From: Azolla caroliniana
Lineage: Eukaryota > Plantae > Polypodiophyta
Assembly: GCA_043228905.1 (NCBI GenBank)
Contig: JBHGNT010000008.1
Location: forward strand, 3,844,001 to 3,908,000
Length of the DNA stretch: 64,000 nucleotides
Direction: 5' to 3'
The notes under the pieces are model-generated. The model saw only the letters and a list, made by a program, of their open reading frames with translations. It had not been told where the DNA came from and did no database searches. Below, in pieces: positions 22,201 through 35,867 of the stretch. Each line of letters begins with the position of its first letter. Position 1 is the stretch's first letter. The position numbers and the translations under genes are program-made.

Positions 22201-25200
22201 ATGAGAGATTAAAAAAAGCAGAAACAGTTCTGCAAACAAAAGTCCATTGGCTAAACTGTATGGTTTGATTCTAGAGTGAGAATTGAGTCCATGGGCAGAA
22301 ATACATGGCTGCCGTCCAGCCAGTCAGGAAGGTTTCCGAAGGGAGTTCACAACTTTGGATTACACATTGAAAATCCACGTCTTCATTAAGGAGGAAAGAG
22401 CCCATAAAAGCTGAATCTATTGTTGATTTGTGGACTTCCGGAAAGCCTTGACACTATATTGTGCTCAGCTCATGCGGCAACTAGAATTCCTTGGGGATCT
22501 ATGGATACATGACTCTGCGGTCTTTATATAGATGATATATCTAACTACACAGATTGGATGGTTCAGAAGCATGCTTAACCATACCTACATTACTATATGC
22601 CAATGACGTTGTGTTGATCTTTGACTTTCTGGAGGCACTACAAAGTCATTTTGCGTACATGAAAATTTATTCATCAATCGTGGTAAAACTGAAAGTGATG
22701 GTGTTTAACACAACTCAAGCATGGGTAACGATATCAGAATCAAAATTCTTCTTGGGAGAGGAAAATGTGGCATACAATCTTACACTTATCTAGGGGTAAC
22801 CATAGATTGACCCATGCGTGATATTCTTGAGATTCGACATCCGTAATATTCGTGGTATTCGAGAATAGAAAATGGCGCTAAGAATATTATAAAACCATTC
22901 GTTTACATATACATATACACACATACATACATACACATACATATATACACACATACACAAACATATATATATACATACACACACACATACATAGATACAT
23001 ATATACACACATACATAGATACATATACACACATATACATAGATACATATAGACACACGCATACATATATGTGTACACAGACATACATCAATAATTAATT
23101 AACTCATTAATATAATAATTAATTTACTATTAACTAATTAATTCACTTAAACATTAATTGATTCACTAATACATTAATTAATTTACAAATACATATCTTA
23201 ATTCATTAACACATTAATTAATTCATTGGAAAATATTAGTTAATTAATTAATAATCAATTAATGCATTAATAATTAATTAATTAGGGCTTTGGCAAAACT
23301 TAGGGTTTCAGTGAAACTCTGAATTTGCAGCGGACAACAGGATGTAGGATTAGGTAGACCATGAGAGGGAGTCGATGACGCAGGCCAAAAAGAAGAAATT
23401 TTGTTGAAATTAGGATTATGACAGAAATTAGGGTTTTCTGTCGAAACCCTAATTTCTGGCCGAGAACAGGATATAGAGGGAGGTGAGGGTGTAAGTAGCA
23501 CGCAGAGGGAGTAGGGTGAGGCGTCCTCGCTTCCTGTTGGCCACTGTTCACTCGCTTGTAAATAAAACACAATTTTTTATTTATTTTTTAATTTCAAAAA
23601 AAAGAAGAAAACGAATATATTTACGTGTATTCGTATTCCTATTCGTATGGATTCGTGGGGCAGGCCCCACGAATGCGAATATTTCAATCTATGGGTAACA
23701 TTCACAGGTGCCATGGTTCCCCCCATGGGGCCTACTTGTGCTCGACTTTCTTGTGCTTATGCAGATCTTGATGCCTTCAAAAGACAATGGGCACTTGCAA
23801 TTCCATGAACCATGAACTAAATTGTGGTGGTTTGGATACAAATCTCTCTCATGTGCTCCGTAATGTGATAAGGCAACTCAAGACCTGATCACATTAGTTA
23901 GAAATTGAGGTAGGATGCACACAAATCTACGGAAGAAATAAATCTCCCAATTGTGCCGTCAGGGAGTGGAATCAGAAGAACACTATGTGTGTCATTTGAT
24001 GTTTTTAATGAATTAATAGGGAGATATCATTGCCTCGTCTCTATGCAAGGTAATGGAATATAAAGAAACGGTACTTAGGACTGTTCTTGTTAGAATTCAA
24101 GAGACAGAGAGAGAAGTTGCTGCTACAACCACAAAAACGCATCAACAGAGAACCATCACAACTTTCCTTAGCTCAATCACTCCTCATGCTACAACTCAAC
24201 CAAGGGCTACACAGTGGGGTCTCAACTAAAAAACTTGAAAGAGGTCACTAGATCGGGCAATATCAATGTGTTGTGCACATAGACCACAGCCCCATAAACC
24301 TCGTCATTGACAAATAAAGGCCATTATCATCCGGCACCAGATGTGTTTCCCTCGCTTTGGAGATCTCGCCATTTGGGAGCAGCCCATGTTGGAGGATTTT
24401 TGATGGCAGAAATTTTAGTCTATCTAAATTCAGAATCTTAACTGCTTAGATAATTGAATTCTTCAGTAACCTTTATTTAGTTTTATATATATATATATAT
24501 ATATTGTTATTCTCAAAGAACAGATGAAATTTTGGAATGTAATCTCTTGTTTGATTTTGTTGGCCATTTTGGTCTCTTAAAAGAAATTGAAATATCTTTA
24601 TTTCTTTCTTGGTTGGTAAGCCTGAGAATATCTCTTAAAGCATTAATACGTTGAAGAGAACATAATTAGTGACTGTAAACCTGATGAAGGAGTTGGCCAT
24701 CTGCACATCTCAAATCTTTAGAGAGGTGTGCCCATGTAACTTGGTCAAACTAGAAAGCCATCGGTTGTCACAGGTAGAAGATGGCCTGTATAGAATGCCC
24801 TTTTGTTCTCAGAGGCTTCACTGGACTCTCCCAAAGTAGTATTCAATCTCATAAGTTTTTTGTTGCAATGATGATGGGTAAGATGGGCTTCCATGCTATA
24901 CTAAAATGGTGGTAATGCTTGTAAATCAAGCCGATTTAAATGGATCCATTTAGCCACATGTGAGTAGCAAACTCCTGCCACTTTATCATGTGTTTCCGAT
25001 GCACTATCGTCTTTCTCAGGCATACCTCGCCTCCATCTTCGTATATGAATCAAGCTTGGTCTCCATATCTATGCACCATAAAGCAGTACAAGTGTGACCA
25101 TTGGGCCGAACAACTAAAATGTTGTTGTAGGTTCTTGGAACTGAGTGTAAGTACATTTTATTTCTAAAGATCCTAAAGAAGCTTATCTGTTTGCCAATCT

Positions 25201-28200
25201 ATTATGTGCTGCCTTCGTCATGTCGAACTTAGGGCCCACAAATGTAACTCGCAATGTATAGATTGAAAGTATGTGCATACTATTACAATCTATTTTTCTT
25301 CTGCGGATTTTTTTTCTGAATAAATTTACCCTGAATACTGTCATTTTGTCATCATTGCTGGTTATGAGAACAGTTTTTATGAGAATGTATTGCAGTGTTT
25401 GTTTCTCACTGTTTGATGAATTAGAGCTCCTGGAGAAACTAATTATTGAATGTTCTAAAATCTTCAGAATTCAGGTGCTGGAAAATTAAAAAGTGGTCCC
25501 ATCACAAAACTTCCACTCCTCACAGTTTCAGATCAAAACCATGTGCTCCGTGATATTCCTGTCTGCCAGGTTGGTAAACTACCCATAACTGGAGAAACCT
25601 CAGTATTATCAGTAGAGATATGCATGTAATTGGAAATCTTGAAGTAATACAGTTCTAATGCACTAAAATATATATTACATTGTGCTTCAGACTCTTCTGA
25701 GTTCATCTGTTTAGGTTCTTAGAATTATACTAATTTTTTAATGAATACATTTGTTGTTATCATATGTGAAAAACTTCAGTGAGTTTTAATAGTACTTTTT
25801 ACTCAATAATTAATGAGCAAAATATGGGTCGCAGCCGATTCACCAGCACTTGAGATTTTTCAATTCAGAGCAAAGGATATTTGATTATCCTGTGCGTGTA
25901 TTCTTTATGGATACGTGTAATCTTACAGCCTACAATTTGCCATCAGGCGACTACAACATCTATAAGAAGCTTTCTCCAACGGTAGGTTTCCTTACCTGCA
26001 GTTGCTACACTTTTTTTTTGTAATTTCCTCGTGAATAATTAATTTCTCTTCACATCAGAACTTCTTATACATACAGAATCATTATTAACCGGTGCCAGAT
26101 CATTCTGGCCATTGTATGTGATTACTTGTTATCTCATTTGTGTGTTGTTCAGTTTAAGAACCGTAAGCCTTGCATCTGGTAATTGTGAAGCTACTGCAAA
26201 AGAGCCATGAAGGTCTGAAATAGCCTGCAAAAATGTGACAGATAGTTCAACATTCTTGAACCTTGATGAAAAACGTGATTTATCTTCACAAAAGAATAGT
26301 ACCTCAAATTTACACACTGCAGTCATAATACTGTAAATTTATGCACACAGAAACCTCTACAATTGTTTTCAGATTCCTTAAGAAGTTTTTTGATGTTTAT
26401 ATCACCACTCCAGCCCTTAGAATTACCATGTCATCACTACATTGATGAATGTATTGGCATCAATAAAAATAATGGTGCCTTCTGAGGTTGTGATATTAAG
26501 ATTACAATGCGTTTGTCACAGGAACACTCTTAGAAGAAAGAAAGAAAGAAAGAAAGATACATTAACGTCTTTTAAGAGGCCAAAATGGCCAATAAGACCA
26601 AACAAGAGATTATATCTTAAGTGTTGTCTCGTCTTTGAGAACAAATCAAAATAAAATAAATATTACTAAGTAAATATAAAAGTAAATAAGATAAAAAGAG
26701 ATTAAAGAATTTGGTTTTCGGCACATATAAGATTCTCAAGTTAGATATATTGTAACTTTTGTCTTCCAAAGATCTCTAGCATAGGTCGATCTAGAATGGA
26801 TAGGTCTCCGAAGTGAGGGAGGCACCTGGGTGGCGCGAGATAATGGCCTTTATCTGTTGATGGCAAGGGTGGTGAGGTCGTGGTCCATGGGGCTGGGGCC
26901 TACGTGCATGACAAATTGCTATTGCCCTATTTATTGTTACCCCTTTGTATGTCCTTGTTGGGAGTTGATTTGTGTAGCCCTTGATTGACTTGCAACATTA
27001 GTAGGAGTGATGGGGCTAAAGAAAGTTGTGATTGTAGCATTAGAGAAGATTGCATTGAAAGATATGCAATACTCAGATAGCAGAAAGAAGTGCCTACTAG
27101 GGTAAATGAACCTCTTAGTAGAACACTTTACACGAGGCTGTCCGAGGCATGTACTGCACAGGTTTCTTCACTGCATTGCCACTAAACTACTAAGGATCTT
27201 CTTAGAGTTCTCAAAGAACTTAGTATGAATGCACACAAGGTTGTTTATATATATTAGTATGTTTTATTGTTTCCTGAACCATTCAAATGTGTCAGATAGA
27301 GATAGTTGGATAACTCTTGGCTAATATTTTGTTGCAATAGGCTCTTGGAGGAAATGAACGGGTTCCAAATCGAATGATCTACAGCACAAAAAAAAATCTT
27401 TTCCTAATCTTCTTTGAATGTCGTGGTGCAACAAGTGAGGTGGTTTTATATCGTGATCATGTGGACATGCATAATCAAACAGAAAGAGTGAATACAATCA
27501 TAGGTACGCGTGAGCTTGGATATTTTCTTGTTGGAACTCAATGATTGTTAGGAAATAGCTGCATATATATAATTGGTGCATGCACATTTATCTCTGTAAC
27601 AATATTTATATGCGCTTGTATTTGTCTGTTTGTTTCTTTTTTATATTTGGAAGTTATTGACTTCATAGAGGAATCTAGATCTAGATAATCAAGTGCGACC
27701 AATGTGCAATATAGGCGAGGTTTCCCATGGTAGGATATCTCGAGTATAAAGAAAGAAAGCTGTATCAATGTCTTTTAAGAGGCCAAAATGGCGTACAAGG
27801 ATGAACAAGAGATTACATCTTACAGTGTTTTCTCGTCTTTGAGAACAAACCAAAATAAATATAACTAAACATTGGGCACTAAAGAAATTAGATATCAGAG
27901 AACTTGAGATTCTGAACCTAGATAGACGGAAACTTCTGCCTTTGAAAAATCTCTCCAACATGGACCATTCCAAGATGGAGAGGTCTCCAAAGCAAGGGAA
28001 GCACCTTCGGGGCAAGATGATAATGGCCTTTATTTCTCCATGAAAAGGCTCTCTCTGTCACTTTCTTATTTCATAAAAAAACTTCATAATTCACTTTAGT
28101 TTGATTAAGCATCATCAAGATTAGATGGTGTTAAACATCAACACCTTAGTTTAATTAAGGTTGATCCACAAATCTTTGTCTGTTAAAATGACTTTAAAGC

Positions 28201-31200
28201 ATTTAGATTTCGTTTTAGTCCTTCAGGAGAGTCAGAGATCACATAATCACGTTTATTTGATTAAGGTTGATCTATAAATAGTTGTTTGTCAAAATGACTA
28301 TAAAGCATTTAGATTTCGTTGTTGTCTCTCTGGAAAGTCAGAGATCAACACAATGTCATCGACATACAGTAGAATGGTATGGCTACTACTGCTAAGTATG
28401 CTCTTGAACCACCCTATCCCTCTATGTGTTTATATATCTCATCTATGTAAAGATAGAAGAGTGTGTGATAGAAGTGCATATGTATTTTGATTCTGATTCC
28501 TATAGTGCATAGATTCCACATTGCATATCAAAGCAGACTAGATTGTAGAGTAGATGCCATCAAAACTAGAGATATACATGAGATGAGTTAGAATTTAGCA
28601 CTATGCTTCCACTCAGTAAACAGTTGGACCATGCTATGGATATCTTTAAACTCTAAACTTCCCATGGGCATAGAGACAATTTACAAATGGGTGCATAATA
28701 ATTCTTTTTCGTTGTTCTTGTTTTTGAGATTTCGTGTCAAATGTAATCTTTTGTTGTATGTCATAGGTCAGTTTGGCCTTGTATAGACTTTAGTGCATCT
28801 TGCTTTCCATCTTCATCTATGTCTCACAATTTTGTGTACCTTCATGTGCTATTTTTTGTTGTGGACTCTCCTAGTTCCAGAAATATTTCAATGTATATAT
28901 AATGTTTTCACCTTACATAGTTCATGGTCACAGGTTGTGATGGTGCATTTATTGGCTATAATGAGAATAAATATGCAATTCTTGAAGATGATGGTCTTGG
29001 GCTTTCCCTTTATATTCTGGAAGAAGATGCTGAAGCAAAAACTTTGCAGAAAACATCCAAGGATTCTGAGAAAAATTCAGTCCTTGATGAGAACTCATTT
29101 TCTGAGTCTAATGTCACAAATAAGAGTCGAGAGTCACTGCAACAAGGTCCAATACAGTTTGTATTTTACACTCCTGTTCAACGTATTTTCTCAACTCCAC
29201 TAGGTTAGTTGGATGATATTGGAAAGTGTGCTCTGGATTTAGAATTTGATGTACACAGTTTTGATTTTCTTTACTTGTGGTACTTTTAGACTCTACTCTG
29301 CTTTATGCTGCACAAGGTAGCCATTTGGGATTGGCCAAACTGTTGGTGCAGTCAATGGGTATTGTCAATGAGGTCTTTGAGATTTCTACAAAGCAGGAAG
29401 ATGGACCATGTCTACAATTAAAATCAACAGAAGTAGTTTTGCAGGTACAAATAATGTTGATGATGTGAATATTAGTCATGCCATACCATGCATGCTTTTC
29501 TTGTGCATTTCTTTTTAAAATCATGAAGGTTTAAGTATGTGAGTTTCAACAACATTGTATTAAAGACGGAATGATTTGGGATGTCAATAGAACTTTTTCT
29601 CAACATATCCTGATAGAGTCAAAACTGACCGTAATAATAGATGAAGAAAACTCATGTCCTCATTGCAAGGACTTCTTATTTAAATTGATAACTGTGTGTT
29701 GAGATATTCTTGGAAATCCAGCATTTTCCACTGTTGCAGTTCTCATTAAACATCACATACATCAATGAGCAATGCTGTTTTCGTACATATATTTTACATA
29801 CTTTGTTTTAGATGTGCTTTGTCAGATGTTTTTCTTGGAGCCAGGTGTTGTTTTACAGGAAGCACAACTTTGTGAATACATTTGTATATGTATATTGTCC
29901 ATTATGGGCTATATAACAGCTGTTCAAAAGAGGATATATAAAATAAAGGGAAAAGTGCCAGGATACCCCTCGAAGTTCGTCTATTTACCAGAATGCCCCT
30001 GGAAGTTCCAAATTTACCAAACTACCCCTATGTCCAAAAAATTACACTTTATAAAGTAATTATACACTCAAATCTTTGGTAAATAGGGCTAGTTCGGGTA
30101 ACTAGGGCTTGTAGATTTGAGTGTATAATTACTTTATAAAGTGTAATTTTTTGGACATAGGGGTAGTTCGGTAAATTTTGAACTTCCAGGGGCATTCTGG
30201 TAAATAGACAAACTTCCAGGGGTATCCTGGTACTTTTCCCTAAAATAAATTCTGAGAAAATATCATCGTTTTTACTAGGAGATTCAAAAATATAAAGCTT
30301 TGGGGGATTATAGAAAGATAGTTTTTCTTCTCCTGGAATCCCACAAGTCTAATAGGGCTTCAGATCGTGTTAGAAGTATATTCTTGTTTTCCATCTTTTA
30401 TTGTTATTGCCATTGCTTACTGCATGCTAAATGCATTAATTTATCTTAGACAAATTTCCAAGTATTCTTTTTGCTCATGCATGCTGCCAGTAGGGGCTTT
30501 TTTTTGGCTAATGGATGAAGGTTTTCACATTGGGCTTTCATTGCCGTTGCTGTATGTTATCCAGTATGATTTACTATATGACTTACGTAAGAAAACATGT
30601 TGCTTTACTCTAACCTCCACAGGGTTTAGAAATTTCTGCAGAAGGTTCTGTACAATTTTCTGCCAATAGCCACCAATGATTACTTGTGGAGTTTCCACTG
30701 TAATGAATGTCACTATCCAGTCATTTTGTAGTTGTGTCCTCAACTCACAGTTGTTAAATTATAAAAATAATCTCTGAATGATTATTGTCAGCATTTAATG
30801 GTTTGGTTTTTTTGTATCTGGGATTGATGCTTATTCTGCGCTTTTAATCATATATAAGGATTTTCATTGTATTTGCATTACCAGGCCATTTTGGGCATGC
30901 ATAGAACCTCCAGGTTCATATGATTGGAGATTAATACAGACCACTCCATGGTCTCCAGGATAATTCTAGTGAAACTTTCATTGTCCATAAGGTAAACAGA
31001 GCTTAGAGGGCACCGCCACCAATTATAATTGAGGCCTTACCTAGATCAGTATCCTTCATCCACAGTACTTGGGAGCTTCCGCAACATTGTATGCATGGTT
31101 TGGCTTCGTGTTTCTTCAAAGGGATCAACCACAAAAACTTGTGTCCAATAACACACCTGGGCACACCTGGTAGTACCCCTACATCATCCCTCTCAGGGAA

Positions 31201-34200
31201 CCTAGTTGATTAAGTCATCTCACTTGGACATTGTTGGTGGCCTCCTATGCCATTGAGCATCATTGAGCACACTTGACTAGGAATTTTACTGTGGAGGATA
31301 TTGCTGTCATTCTAGAGGGACCCATGTGAAACTACATGATATGATTTTGCTCATCTTTGTAGTAGTTGTAACACATGTCTCCCACTGGATTTTTGTGGTC
31401 CATACTTGAAGAATTATCCATTTTTGCCCTGTTCTATTTCAATAGGTAGAGTTTCTTTCTATCTTTTCCCTTATGATTAGACGTTGTACCAGATCTTAAC
31501 TGGATGTAATTTCTTTGGTCTCATAAGTAATTCTGTTCTTTAAAAAATGTTAAAATGTCGTTTGACAACTATCCTTGTGAAGCATGCATAGAAGCGCATG
31601 TTTAACCGCAACCAATGTTATCCATATTGAGTTGAGGTTGATAAAGATGTATCTTTTTAAAAAGTAAGCATGATTGTGAACTTAGCTCAAGTAAGGATTC
31701 AAATTGCGATTTGTTGAACTGTCATATAAGTTTGTATTCAAACTCGTATGATTCTGCACAAGTTGCATTCTCAAGAGTTTTGGATGTGGAGTGTCTCTGC
31801 TTGACTGCATTCTGTTAGTTGTTTGAATATGGATAATCAATTTTCTACGTACATTTATTTCATATGTTTTTGGTGGTTGAATCACAGGTTTATTGGCAAG
31901 AAACACCGGGCGGTCATGTTGCAGGAGTGATAACGACTCAAAGGGTTATGATACTCTCTTCAAAATTGGAGATTTTATCAAGTAGTACAACAAAATTTGA
32001 TCATGGATTTCCTGCTATATCCTTATGATTTAGATGCAGCGATGGTGTTTTCTGGTGCCTATGCCTGTTCTATAGGAATTAATAGTTACATAGCAATTAC
32101 ATATGTCTCCTTGATTCCCTAGAACTTCAGGACGCTTGTTTGGGTAGGACCAGCCTTGGTTTTCTCAACCGCTACAACACTGGCAGTTCTGGGTTGGGAT
32201 GGCGTTGCACGACCTATAGTGACAATTGCCACTCCCAATGCTGGTAACATCTATTCCCTGTTTAACAAACCATAGAGGTAGATATATGATCTAATACAGG
32301 GTTTGTTTTGGCAGCATTAGTGGGTTTCTTAAATGATCGGGTACTCCTTGCATGTCCAACGGACTCAAATCCAAGGCAAAAACAGGGTGTGGAAATTAGG
32401 GTACGGCTTGTAGGTTTGCTAGAACCACTTCTGATAGGGTGGGCAACAATGCAAAGGACTATTGAGCCGAAGCTCGAGCTTGCAGAATTGATGTTCCAGT
32501 TAACATCTAGGTATGGATGAATTTGTTTGATATTTTTCCATAATAATACACAGATATTTGTTTGAATTTGGATGAATCTACAATGCATGAAGGATAATGT
32601 AATAATATGCAGCACATGTGAGATTTAATTTTATAAATAAGTTTGTGATGTTTGGAGTGTGTTAAATATTGTAACAGGTTACTGGTTTCTGGTATTTGGA
32701 AAATTTCTGTGGATCGCACAATCTCCCTTTGTGGAGTAATGTGATAATGATTTTTCCACTTATAACAGCTCCAAGTTGACATTCTTTTTGTGACATTATA
32801 TATAGAATTTTCCAATCATAAGAGCTCCAAGTTGACATTCTTTTTGTGATGTTATACCTAGATTTGATAGCCTTCGAGTTACTCCTCGTTTACTCGATAC
32901 TCTCGCTACTGGCCCTGAGATCTGCGGAGATTTAGCTGTTGAGCTAGCACTGGCAGGACCTCAATTTACACAGGTGATAGTTAGACATCAAGGGTCCATA
33001 TTTTCATTGTGAATCTTTTTTTTGGAGTTGTTTCCTAAATTGGGACAGGATGTAGGTCTTGCGGTGTCATTATGCTGTGCTTGCACGCCGTTTCAAAAAA
33101 GCCTTATCAATTTTGGTAGATGAGTTCCAGCATTCACGAGATTATCCTCGATGTCCTCCAACATCAAGACTCTTCCAACGTTTCAAGGAGCTTGGTCATG
33201 CTTGCATCAAGTATGTATGCATTGTCTAAATGGGATGGATGCAATTCAACATGTGCACTAATAATTACCCTTTACATTGTCATTTGGTGAAATTATTTAA
33301 AAGATGCTGCCAGTTGATAAATTCCCATGGTATTCTGCTTTAATAAAAAGTTAGTTATTGCCCTTTTCCATCATAACTCACACATGCATACAGAAAGAAA
33401 GCTAGACAACAATATGATTAATTAGTCGTCTTTTGTAAGGTTGTGAACTTGCATGCTTTACCAGTTATGTAAGGTTGTGAACTGTACCTTTTCTGTATTT
33501 ATCGTATGAATGGTGTTTCTTTTTACCAGTTATGGCCAGTTTGATTATGCAAAAGAGACATTTGAAGTGGTATCTGATTATGAAAGCCTGTTGGATATTT
33601 TTATCTGCCATCTAAATCCAAGCGCTCTTCGGCGTCTGTCTGAAAAGTTGGAAGAGTCTGGGTCCAGTCCAGAACTTCAACGACAATGCGCAAAAATATT
33701 GGGTGTCCGCTCTACCAGCTGGGGACAAGGATCATTGCTGTCTAATTTTGCAGCAGAAAGCATGCTTCCAAAAGGTCCAGAGTGGGGAGGTGGAAACTGG
33801 GAAATAAAAACTCCTGTCCAAACAAGGACTATTCCAGAGTGGGAGCTTTCTAATGAAGTCACTGCATATATGAAGACACCCAGTGGACCCATTCCAACTA
33901 TTAATCCTGACCATTTGGGAGTTTATTTGGGAACATTGAAAGGCAGGGGAACCGTTGTGGAAGTGAAAGCGACTACTTTGGTAAAAAGCCTAGTAAACTC
34001 GACAACTATTGAGCATGGACTACTGGGTTCGGTTGCTTCTGTTGACTTCAAGACTTCTGGTAATATTGCTCAAGGTTCAACACGACAGGGTTTCCAAGAC
34101 CTTATTCGTAACCATCCAGCGAATGATGAACAAGCCAAGGCTGTACAGGAGTTCAAAAATCCTGTGATGAATGATAGCAGCAGTGATGAGGAAGATGAAG

Positions 34201-35867
34201 CAGCGAAGAAGAGGAAAATTAAATTTGTTATCAATCCGAAAGGAACAACTGTGGACGTTAGCAAAGTCAAAGAGGCTACTCAACAGTTGAAATTAGGTCC
34301 TGCTGGTTTACCTCGCCCCATGGAACGAACTAGAAGCTCAACACAGGATCTTCTAGGAATTTCAGGTTCTTTGCCGATTCCAGGTCCATCGGTACCAACG
34401 CCAGGGCTTATTTCTGGAAATACACAAATTCCAAACCAAATGAACCTTGGAATGAATCCAGCTTTTATGCAAGGTGGACCACAGATGAGTGGTGGAAATA
34501 CATTTGTAGCTCCCCCACAAATGGTCATGGGAATGGGAGTTACTACTGGAGGGCCGATCCCGGAAGACTTCTTTCAGCATACCACGTCGGCCATTGGAAC
34601 TCTTGCATCTTTTGAATCAGGCCCGGCTAACCGTAGTGGTGATGGAGGATTCCCTTCATCAGCTCGTGAAGTACAGGTCCAAGGAGGTGGAACAAGTATG
34701 CATTTGATGGATGGTTCCAGCAATGCACTTTCCATGCCTAACCCATTCGGGCTTGGCGTTCCTCCACAATCGGGGCAGCCAAGCAGTGCTAATGTGGATC
34801 CATTTGCTGGTGGGGTACCCCCGGCTATTCCAGAAGTGGTTCCGTTTTCTGCTCCGGCACCATCCTACCCTGGAGCTGGTATATCAAATGATCTCGGTTC
34901 TCTAGTAATGCCGAACAATGTGATGAATGCCACATCAGCAGGGATCTCTGTACCTGATGCTAGGCCTACATCACCTCCTATTGTTGCCCGCCCTGGACAG
35001 GTTAGTTCTGTTTTCTGAAGTATTAATGTTTTACATGCATATTCATTCTCTTTGTTAACCTTTGGGGTATCTTGCTCTTATAGGTTCCCCGAGGAGCACC
35101 TGCATCAAGATGCTTCAAAACAGGGATAGCCCATCTTGAACAAAATCAACTCACAGACGCACTATCTTGCTTTGATGAGGGTTTTCTTGCTTTGGCCAAA
35201 GATCAATCGCTTGGTCAGGACATAAAAGCACAGGCAACAATTTGTGCCCAGTATAAGCTTGCCGTTTTGCTACTGCAGGTCTTTTTCTTGCCTATTGCAG
35301 TATATCTGTCATAGGATTTCAAGTGAACCACACTATGCAAGTGATGTGGATCTTATAATATTATTGACATGTGTATGCTACTTTGTTTCACAGGAAATCG
35401 CAAGGCTTCAAAAAGTCCAAGGGCCTAATGCAATCAGTGCCAAAGATGAAATAGCGCGGCTTGCACGTCATCTTAGCTCACTCCCTCTCATGGCAAAACA
35501 TCGAACTATGTGTATCCGGACTGCCATTAAGAAGAATATGGATGTGCAGAACTATGGGTTTGCAAAGTCAATGCTGGAGTTATTGTTGTCAAGGGCACCA
35601 ACCAATAAGCAAGATGAATTGCGGAGTTTAATCAATCTTTGCAGTCAAAGGGGTTTGAGTGACAGATCAATTGATCCAGCTGAGGATCCTTCACATTTTT
35701 GTGCTGCCACATTAGGGAGGTTGTCAACTATTGGGCACGATGCTTGCAATGTATGTAGCTCAAAATTCTCTACAGTTGGATCACATATCTGCATCATTTG
35801 TGGCATGGGCGCCATTAGTAGATCTGATGTGGTACCCAAAGGAGCTGTCGTGTCTCCTTTCTCTTAA
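16215..35867 (+). CDS. TWD40-1: TPLATE/TSET complex WD40 subunit, TWD40-1/TTRAY1-like (~1646 aa, 24 exons)
   Basis: Exons: 16215-16326, 16565-16674, 17954-18122, 18256-18356, 18440-18512, 18625-18772, 19046-19206, 20550-20674, 20844-20946, 21059-21158, 21268-21319, 25468-25569, 25835-25981, 27341-27503, 28934-29203, 29290-29444, 31888-32016, 32126-32243, 32315-32510, 32862-32973, 33056-33210, 33530-35000, 35084-35278, 35394-35867. They sum to 4941 nt with all phases consistent. Motifs match recalled Arabidopsis At3g50590: LQPH.A.FHP.QA, QQGGEAVYPLP, EGRKQLFAVLQSARGS, FAAESM.PKGPEWGGGNWEIKTP, plus an alpha-COP-like Cys-rich C-terminus. Confidence 0.9.
20947..21058 (+). other. GC-AG intron (intron 9 of TWD40-1)
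   Basis: CCAG|GCATGC...CTCTCAG|GT keeps the conserved SARGS-x-SVLKEKL; read-through hits TGA within 5 codons. Confidence 0.75.
21819..21945 (-). mobile_element. LINE 3'-end fragment with (CTTT)n tail
   Basis: GAAAGAAAGATATATTAATGTCTTTTAAGAGACCAAAATGG...GAGAACAAATCAAAAT, shared with 26535, 27749 and (reverse) 24490-24610. Confidence 0.65.
22400..24610 (+). mobile_element. Decayed LINE (RTE/RTEX-like) 3' part, interrupted by a MITE
   Basis: LLYANDVVL (YADD-like), KVMVFN, YLGV|TF split by the MITE, C-terminal CRQGVESEEHYVC (~23950-24000), and the shared 3' tail ending TCTTTATTTCTTTC. Confidence 0.65.
22801..23693. mobile_element. Non-autonomous TIR element (MITE) with internal microsatellite
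   Basis: TIR CATAGATTGA/TCAATCTATG; GGTAAC on both sides; removal restores LINE codons TAT CTA GGG GTA ACA TTC; ATTCG subterminal repeats; (TACA/CA)n at 22905-23090. Confidence 0.75.
26535..27040 (-). mobile_element. LINE 3'-end fragment
   Basis: Same tail as 21819 plus upstream sequence (GATAATGGCCTTTAT, AAAGAAAGTTGTGAT) that matches the reverse of 24120-24480. Confidence 0.65.
27749..28045 (-). mobile_element. LINE 3'-end fragment
   Basis: Same tail plus CTCCAACATGG..GATAATGGCCTTTAT shared with the other copies; a further RT fragment (ILLYVDDI, minus) lies at ~28350-28380. Confidence 0.65.
29948..30240. mobile_element. Mutator-type fold-back MITE (293 bp)
   Basis: ~128-bp near-perfect TIRs starting GGGAAAAGT.CCAGGATACCCCT; perfect 9-bp TSD TAAAATAAA (29939-29947, 30241-30249). 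Confidence 0.93.
32017..32125 (+). other. U12-type AT-AC intron (intron 17 of TWD40-1)
   Basis: 5' site ATATCCTT, branch point TCCTTGAT (32108-32115), terminal AC; splicing gives HGFPA|FRTLVWVGPA in frame. Confidence 0.9.

Noticed and set aside
22790-23091. Cys/Val/Tyr-rich minus-strand ORFs
   Set aside because: Translations of a (TG/TA)n microsatellite.
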